Below are positions 56,470 to 64,000 of a stretch of DNA of 64,000 bases, piece by piece. Every line of letters begins with the position of its first letter. Within the stretch, counting starts at the first letter, position 1. The notes under the pieces were generated by a model. It made no database searches and was not told the origin of the DNA. It saw only the letters and a program-made list of their open reading frames with translations. The DNA is from the human T2T-CHM13v2.0 reference genome, Homo sapiens, in assembly GCF_009914755.1 (NCBI RefSeq), contig NC_060935.1. One strand, given 5' to 3'. The position numbers and the translations under genes are program-made.

Positions 56470-58260
56470 TGCATGCAATTCTCACTACCCAGGCCTCTCT
56501 CACCTTTTTGTTCTCACTTGGCAAAAGTGCAATTCACCAACTCCACAGCCATACCCAAGAAACTGAATGTAGCTAGAGAAACATACAGCCACATCAAATG
56601 GCCTTACTAACTTACATAACAGTTACATCAAATGGCCTTACAAAGTTAGAAAAGCTGCCCTGCAATCAAACCATATGCCCCTAGTGCATTTACTTTCCTT
56701 CTCTGCTAGAGGAGCATTTCTGTTCTCTCCCTTTCTCACTCTCAGCTGATGACCTTCCATCTTATTTTGCTGGGAAAAGGGAAGCGTTCTGAGAAACAGC
56801 ACACAAGTTCTCACTACCATACCACCTTCTTACCTTCATCTGTGCCTATATGATGTGCCTAACCCAGTTTGACTATGGTCAAACTGTTCATGCTCTTGTT
56901 TTTTCATTAGATCCCATTTCCTCTTGCCTAAGATATCCCACTACCAATTCTATTTCTTTCTTGTTCCGTCACTTTCTCACTCTCTCGGCTCATTTCCCTT
57001 AGCATACATTCGATTATTTCTCCCATCTTAAAAATGGGAACCCTCTCCCCCTCCATCTACCACACCATATTTCTGCTCCCCTTCACAGCAAAATTCCCCA
57101 AAAGATTACCACACTCGTGGTCTCAATTCAGCTTCTCCCATTCTCTCTTGCATCCACTCCAATGAGGCTTTCGCCTCCACTCACCCTCTGAGGAAATTGC
57201 TGTCAAGGTCACCATAACCTCCACATTGCTAAATCAAGTGGCCAATTCCCAGTCATTTATTTAGGCACTACTGGTTACCTTCTTACGGAAATGCTTTTTT
57301 CATTAAGTAATCAGGGTATCACACCCTCCTGGTTTTCCTCCTCCAACTGTTCCTTCTCAGTCTCCTTAACTGGTTCCCCATTTCCCTGACTTCTAAATAT
57401 GCAGTGTTGAGAAGATCATCTTTAAAAGAAAAGATCATCTTCACTAACTCCTTTGTTGCTCTCTTCCAATCTCATGGTTTTACATACCATCTGTATACTA
57501 ACAGCTTCAAATTTGTATTACTTGCCCCACCTTTCTTCTAAATTCTTGACACAATACCATTTCTGAAACCAAGTTCCTCTTCTCCTTCCTTCCCCAAACC
57601 TACTCCTTCTGCAGCTTTCCCCTTCTTGGTAAATGACAACTCCTACCTTCTAACTGCTCAGGCCAAAAACCTTGGAGTCATCTTCAATTCTTTATCTCAC
57701 AACCTACATCTAATTCATCAACTATACCTCTCAGCTACACCTTCAAAAATATCCAGAATCTGAGCACTTCTCAGCCTCCACCACTACCACACTAATCCAA
57801 GCCACCATCGTCTCTAATCTGAAATTTTGCAACAACCTGGTCTTTCTGTTTACCCCCTTTCCCCTACATAGTCTATTCTCAACACAATAGCCAAAGTGTT
57901 TCTTAAGATTTATTAATCAGAGTCATTCTTCTACCCCTAAAGCTCCAAAGGCTTCTCATCTCATTCTGATTTACGGCCAAATTCCTTACAATGGCCCAGA
58001 TGTCCCCGCATTATCTGGCTCCCTGAACCTCCTTTCTGTCCTCCTCTAGTACTCTCTCCCTGGGGCATGTCCCTCCAGACATACCATCCTCCCTACAGTT
58101 CCTCCCACTGAGCACACACCTACCTCAGGGTTTTTGCACTTGACCTTCCCTGCCTAGACATTCCCTGTGCCTAGAATGTTTTTCCCCATGCCTAGAATGC
58201 TCTTTCCCCAGTGCCTCGAATATAGTAGGCACCTAATAAAAAATTAGGTAAATGAATTTA
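56470..58260 (+). mobile_element. L2a, long 3' portion
   Basis: tcaaggtcacc.taacctccacattgctaaatc; ctcaggccaaaaaccttggagtcatc; cttcaaaaatatccagaatctga; 3' end atagtaggcacctaataaa..aaatgaat. Confidence 0.85.
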
Positions 58261-59479
58261 GACAGACATTGAACATTCATTTTCCATTTTGCTTTTTTCA
58301 TTTATTATTAACGCATAAACATTTTATCACATTGTCAGAATACTTTAAGACCATAATTTTTTGGGCTAACAATATTCCATTTTATAGACATACCACAAGT
58401 TATTTACAATTTGGGACTGAAAAACCAGGATATTTACAAATGGGATATTTTGGATGTTTCTTCCTTTGATATTTGTGAACTTCACTTCACTTTTAGAAGT
58501 GAATCTACTAGTGAGAATATGTACCTCACAGGATTGTTGTAAAGCTGAATATGAACTAATAAGTGGACACAGAGACATCAGTTTTGTTACTACTGCTTAG
58601 ATTACAGAGACATCATGATGTCAATGAAAGATCATAGATCTTGAAAGAAACAGATAAAAAACATGACTCACAATATTGTCCTTTAATAGCTTAAGACACT
58701 TAACCTCTATGAGTTTCAATTAAACCATCTATTTCAAAAAGCGATTATATTAATAATAATTAAAAAGAGATGTAAAAGAGTTTAGCATAATATTGAGCTC
58801 AGAGTAGATAATCAATAAATGTTCATTCATTCACTTCTCATAAACAATACCTAGGGTTTTTAAAATTGTGAACCAGAAAGAAAAAAATATTTTTATAAAT
58901 TATCCCATTACATACATATTGTTAAATAGATAATAAAAATTTTCAGTACAGAATTATTCTTTTTAATTAACAATTACTCAACACTTACCAAAGCACACTT
59001 AAGATTACAAAAATCTATATATCAATTTTGTTTCTTTTATTATAATAAAGCTAGGCAAAACAATTATTTTTAATTACTGAATGATGGTATCAATAAATAA
59101 GTTCCTTTTTATCATGTGCTTTAATGTACACACACAACAGGTCAGTAAACTATTATAATGATGACAAGTTAAGCAAGAAAACATTTTAAAAATTCGCCTC
59201 ACTTCAGGGCTATTTCTTGAAGCAATCTGTGTGTTGGAGTCAGATGAATGCCAAGACATTACAAAATTTTCAGTGTTTTCCATGTTGTTTCGATATAAGT
59301 TTGAGTATATGCAGTTGGAATGGTCAACAAGTACAATTTGAACTCCTTCAGGGTATAGTCATCTATGCCTGGCCAGGACCTAGCCCAGTGCCTGACATAC
59401 AAAAGACACCAGATCAGCACTGAGTAGGTAGGTAGGTGGGTGGGTAAGTGACTGATTGAGTATGGTAGTCATTAGTGCT

Positions 59480-59838
59480 GTCTGTCTAGGCACTACAAAG
59501 CCAATACTTTTTGTCTCCCTACCCTGTGATTGGGTACAGTCATTTAACCAGTTCTAGCCAAGGAATTGTGAGAAGAAGTGACATAAGTAATTTCCATTTT
59601 GGAGCATTCATATGAGATCTTCCATGTTCTTTTTCCACTGCTAAGTGTTCATGAAAGCATATGCTAAAAAGGAAACCCCGATCAGCCACTTAGTCTCTGA
59701 GTGAAAGCAGGAGCACAGCCCCCTGCTCATTCAATTGGAAGTTTATGACAGTAAGGGTCATACATTTTGTTAGGTTAAGTGACCGAAATTCATAAATTTT
59801 ACTATAGCAGCAAAACCTAACTTATCCTGGATAATACA
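59480..59838 (+). mobile_element. MLT1J-type MaLR LTR
   Basis: cagttctagccaa.gaattgtgagaagaagtgacat..; ends gcagcaaaacctaacttatcctggataataca. Confidence 0.65.
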
Positions 59839-59968
59839 AGCAAGCTAATGGCATTCATTTCAGCACTAGAAATTAATCAGAGTTTAATTTCAGAAAAACA
59901 AAATGGTACAGATAAGTAGTATAGCTCAGTATAATAATTTAACCTCTCTATATGATAGTTCTCTTGCT

Positions 59969-60270
59969 CGCCGAGTTTGATGGCTCCTGCCTGTAATCCT
60001 AGCACTTTGGGAGACCAAGGTAAGAGAATTGCTTGAGGACAAGAGTTCAAGACCAGCCTGGGCAACATAACGAGATCCCATCTCTACAAAAAGATTAAAA
60101 AATTAGCCAGGCATTGTGGTGTACACCTGTAGTCCCAGCTACCCGGGATGCTGAGGTGGGAGGATCACTTGAGCCCATAGGTTCAAGGCTCTAGTGAGCT
60201 ATGATCACATGGCTTCACTCCAGCCTGAGTGACAGAGCAAGATCCTGTCTAAAAATAAACAAACAAAAAG
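59969..60270 (+). mobile_element. AluJ
   Basis: Dimer; TSD gatagttctcttgc on both sides; inside a MIR. Confidence 0.9.
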
Positions 60271-61779
60271 GATAGTTCTCTTGCCTACAAAATGGAATAA
60301 TAGCATCTACCTCATAGAACAGTAATAGGGATTAATTAAGTGAATGTCTATTAAGTACTTAGGATAATATTTACGGTATTTGAAGCTTTCAATAAATGGT
60401 AGTAAATTACTATCATTAATAATGCATTAGACACATTTACACTACATATGTAATTTTACTTTCATCTCTTACTCCTTATTCATTTTAATTTATGGTCAAT
60501 TTTTTCAATTCATAATATCTTTATTAAGAAGTACCATATCCTGTCAGAACCATATAAAAAAATAAAAAGAAGTACCATCCAAGGCACTAGAAATGAAGAC
60601 AAATAAGATCTACCATCAAGGTATTCTCCTTACCTATGATTCTCCTTTCTTCTGCAATAGACCCACAACCAAGCAAACTTTAAAATCATAAACACAATGT
60701 TTTATTATATTATAATATAAATCAACTATGCAATATTATAAATATTGTACCAATTGAAGAGGTGATTACTTTTTAATTTAAAAACACTTTATATGTTATG
60801 GGTCTGTGTCTTATTCAAAGTCAAGATAGTAAAGTTGTTTAGGTCCAATTCATCAAAGGCAATTAATGTTATGGCAAAAAACAAAACTTGTACCCACATT
60901 CCCACTGTTCCTAACGCAGTGCCCTATAAACAGGAGGCACTCAGTGAACAAAATTATAGGTAAATCAGAGATCAGCAGATCCAATCCATTTATCTTACAA
61001 ATTAGTACAATGAGATCTAGAGGGTTAGGCAACTTGCCCAAAAGTATGATGTGATTTAGTGGCAGGGCTGATCCTAGAACCCAAACTTTGAAAATGTTTT
61101 AAAAGTCTAAATTCTCTAAAGCACAAAGTTCCTGCAGTATGCTGACAGAGGAATATAAACAAGTCAGTGAAAAACCTAAAGTTAATTTTTATTGAAATTA
61201 GATTTTAGCATTAGCTAGTAAGAAATTTAAAACTCAGCTATCAGAAAGACAGTGTTAGATTTACTATTGTTATCAAGAGAAGAAGGTACTTCCAAAAACC
61301 TAAAAGGGTAAATTCATTACCATATTTCCCCCCAACACTTTATCAACACTTAAAATAGCATAGAAAGAAAAATAGAAATAGTTTCATATGCTTCTTTTTA
61401 TGTACAGAATCTTGTGTGAAAAGAATGATTTTAAGCAAGAAAAAAGGTTAATTCCTAGGCCACAAATCTATTAAAGTATTGATTATTTTAATCCTATTGA
61501 TTTTAAAAAAGTGAAGGGGTTAATTAAAGCCATGTACATTAGGAAACTGCAAGATAAAAATAATGTTTATCATTTATTGTTTACTAACTGTTATGCACTG
61601 TGCTAAATATGCACTTTACACATACCACCTCTTTTTACAACAAACTTATGGTATAGGTAATATAATTATCTCCATTTTGCTGATTATGAAAATAGGGGCT
61701 GCCTCTGAGTAACTTACTCAGGTAGTGGCAGAAACAGAACTTGCTCTCAAACCTGTTTGCCTCTAAATGGTATGCTTTA

Positions 61780-61922
61780 GGTTTTGTTGTAGTTGTTTTT
61801 TGTTTTTTGTAGAGACAGGGTCTCACTATGTTGCCCAACCTGGTCTCTAGCTCCTGCCCTCAAGTGATCCTCCTAGCCTCTCAAAATGCTAGGATTACAG
61901 GTGTGAGCCACCACACCCAGCA
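61780..61922 (-). mobile_element. FLAM / Alu left monomer inside a MIR
   Basis: gtagagacagggtctcactatgttgccca..ggattacaggtgtgagccaccacacccagc. Confidence 0.85.
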
Positions 61923-62674
61923 CTAAAAGCTGTGCTTTTAACCACCCTCCTGTTCAAGCTCTATCAAGTTTCTGACCCTCTATAATTTAGATCAAGGTCA
62001 ATCCATCATATCTAAGGGGAAGGCTACATGATCTCTAAGGCCCCTTCTAAAAATGATTCTGTGTCACCAAACACATAAATCAGTTCTGAATTCACACAAT
62101 ATTTCTGACAGGACACTCCAGGCCTAAGGGAAAGTCCATCAATAGATGAACAGATAAGAAGAGGAGAAAGGGGAAGAAAAATTTAAAGGAGGAGGAGAAA
62201 GATCTTTATCAACATGCCCTACAAGGTGCCTAACATAGCTAGACATAACATTTTACTAGACATCAGGGCCACTGTGACAAAGGTGGGAAAGGGGAACCTA
62301 GAACAGCAATTGAAAGTGGAACTATAAAGGATGTACATAAATTTAAATAGCTTAGCCCACTGATGTGATCCCCTCACAGCAAATGAGGAAGGAGCTGCAG
62401 AAGTCAGTGACCATGAGCTCAATGCTGGGCCAACACACAGACTTGTAACAGAAACAATGATCAGCAGTTAAATAGGAATAGCTGGGTACTAAGTTTTCAG
62501 AAGAGGCATTACCACTATTGTCATGCATTTGGATGAGAGTGTATTTTCAGGACAGAGTTGTGAAGGAACTAGCACTTGTTCCATCAAGTTGTTTAAACTC
62601 CTACCATGTTTTATGCACCATCCATGTGGCTTTCATTTGTTACGACACTGAACTCTGACAACAACCTTGGTGGA

Positions 62675-63325
<651 letters not shown>

Positions 63326-64000
63326 TAGAGAGAGAAACACACAGACACACACCCTAATACAATAGATATTGCTCCCAATTTTACCACTGAGAAAAATGAT
63401 GGCCTGACAGGACCCATTCTCCCTCTTCACTACATCACACACTAAAATGTGTGATTTGGGACTCACATTCTAGCCTGAGGGGCTCAGGTGGGAGGTACAA
63501 GGTAATAAGCATGCAACATTGTAACCACAAGCCACATATTCCAGAGAGCCCTTTATGACACTGATACCACACATACTACACATGTACCCAGAGCCTCGAT
63601 GTGCCCAAGTGATGTACTATCCTCTCTCTGGTCTCCTAATTCAGTTATTTCAGGTAAAAGAAATCAAATAGTCCTACCTAACTCAATATTTGAAGACCTT
63701 GAAAAAGGAGGAAAAAATAATTAGTAAAGAATTAAAGTAAAAGATAAAAAGAAAAATAAAAAATGATTTGTGACAATTAAATGATGGTAGCCTTTGCTTT
63801 GTTTAGGTTCTTTTTGAATAATCATGCATTCACTCTTTCAACAACTATTTATTTTGTGCTTTATACTTTTTTATAGGCTCTTCTAGGTATTGTAGAGTAC
63901 TAACGAGCTGGAGGGACACATACAATATAGTAAATGTGCAGGATGAAAAAAGACCAACTAAATTTCCTTAAAGAAGTCAAAGATTCGCAGAAGAGGTGAG

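Overview
Primate (almost certainly human) genomic DNA lying entirely inside the PRCP gene (lysosomal Pro-X carboxypeptidase, peptidase family S28), which is on the minus strand. Seven constitutive coding exons (canonical exons 2-8, including catalytic Ser179 in GGSYGG) have exact GT-AG boundaries and consistent phases. A 63-nt in-frame cassette exon derived from an antisense MIR lies at 51282-51344. The first and last exons are outside the window. The introns hold a processed EIF2S2 pseudogene (+ strand, interrupted by two Alus and an LTR fragment), a polyadenylated U13 (SNORD13) retrocopy, about 23 Alus (one very young AluYa-type, one AluYd-type), several L1s, a THE1A provirus fused by deletion to the 5' third of an L1PA, MaLR/ERV1 LTRs, DNA transposon fossils, MIR and L2. 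There is no CRISPR, rRNA, tRNA or prokaryotic system. I did not find a convincing novel biological system. The best leads are the MIR-derived exon, an LTR fragment captured in the pseudogene, a phase-symmetric exon 3-6 block flanked by inverted Alus, a possibly polymorphic AluYa, and several small templated-insertion or retroposition scars. Family and subfamily calls come from recalled consensus sequences, not from a database run.
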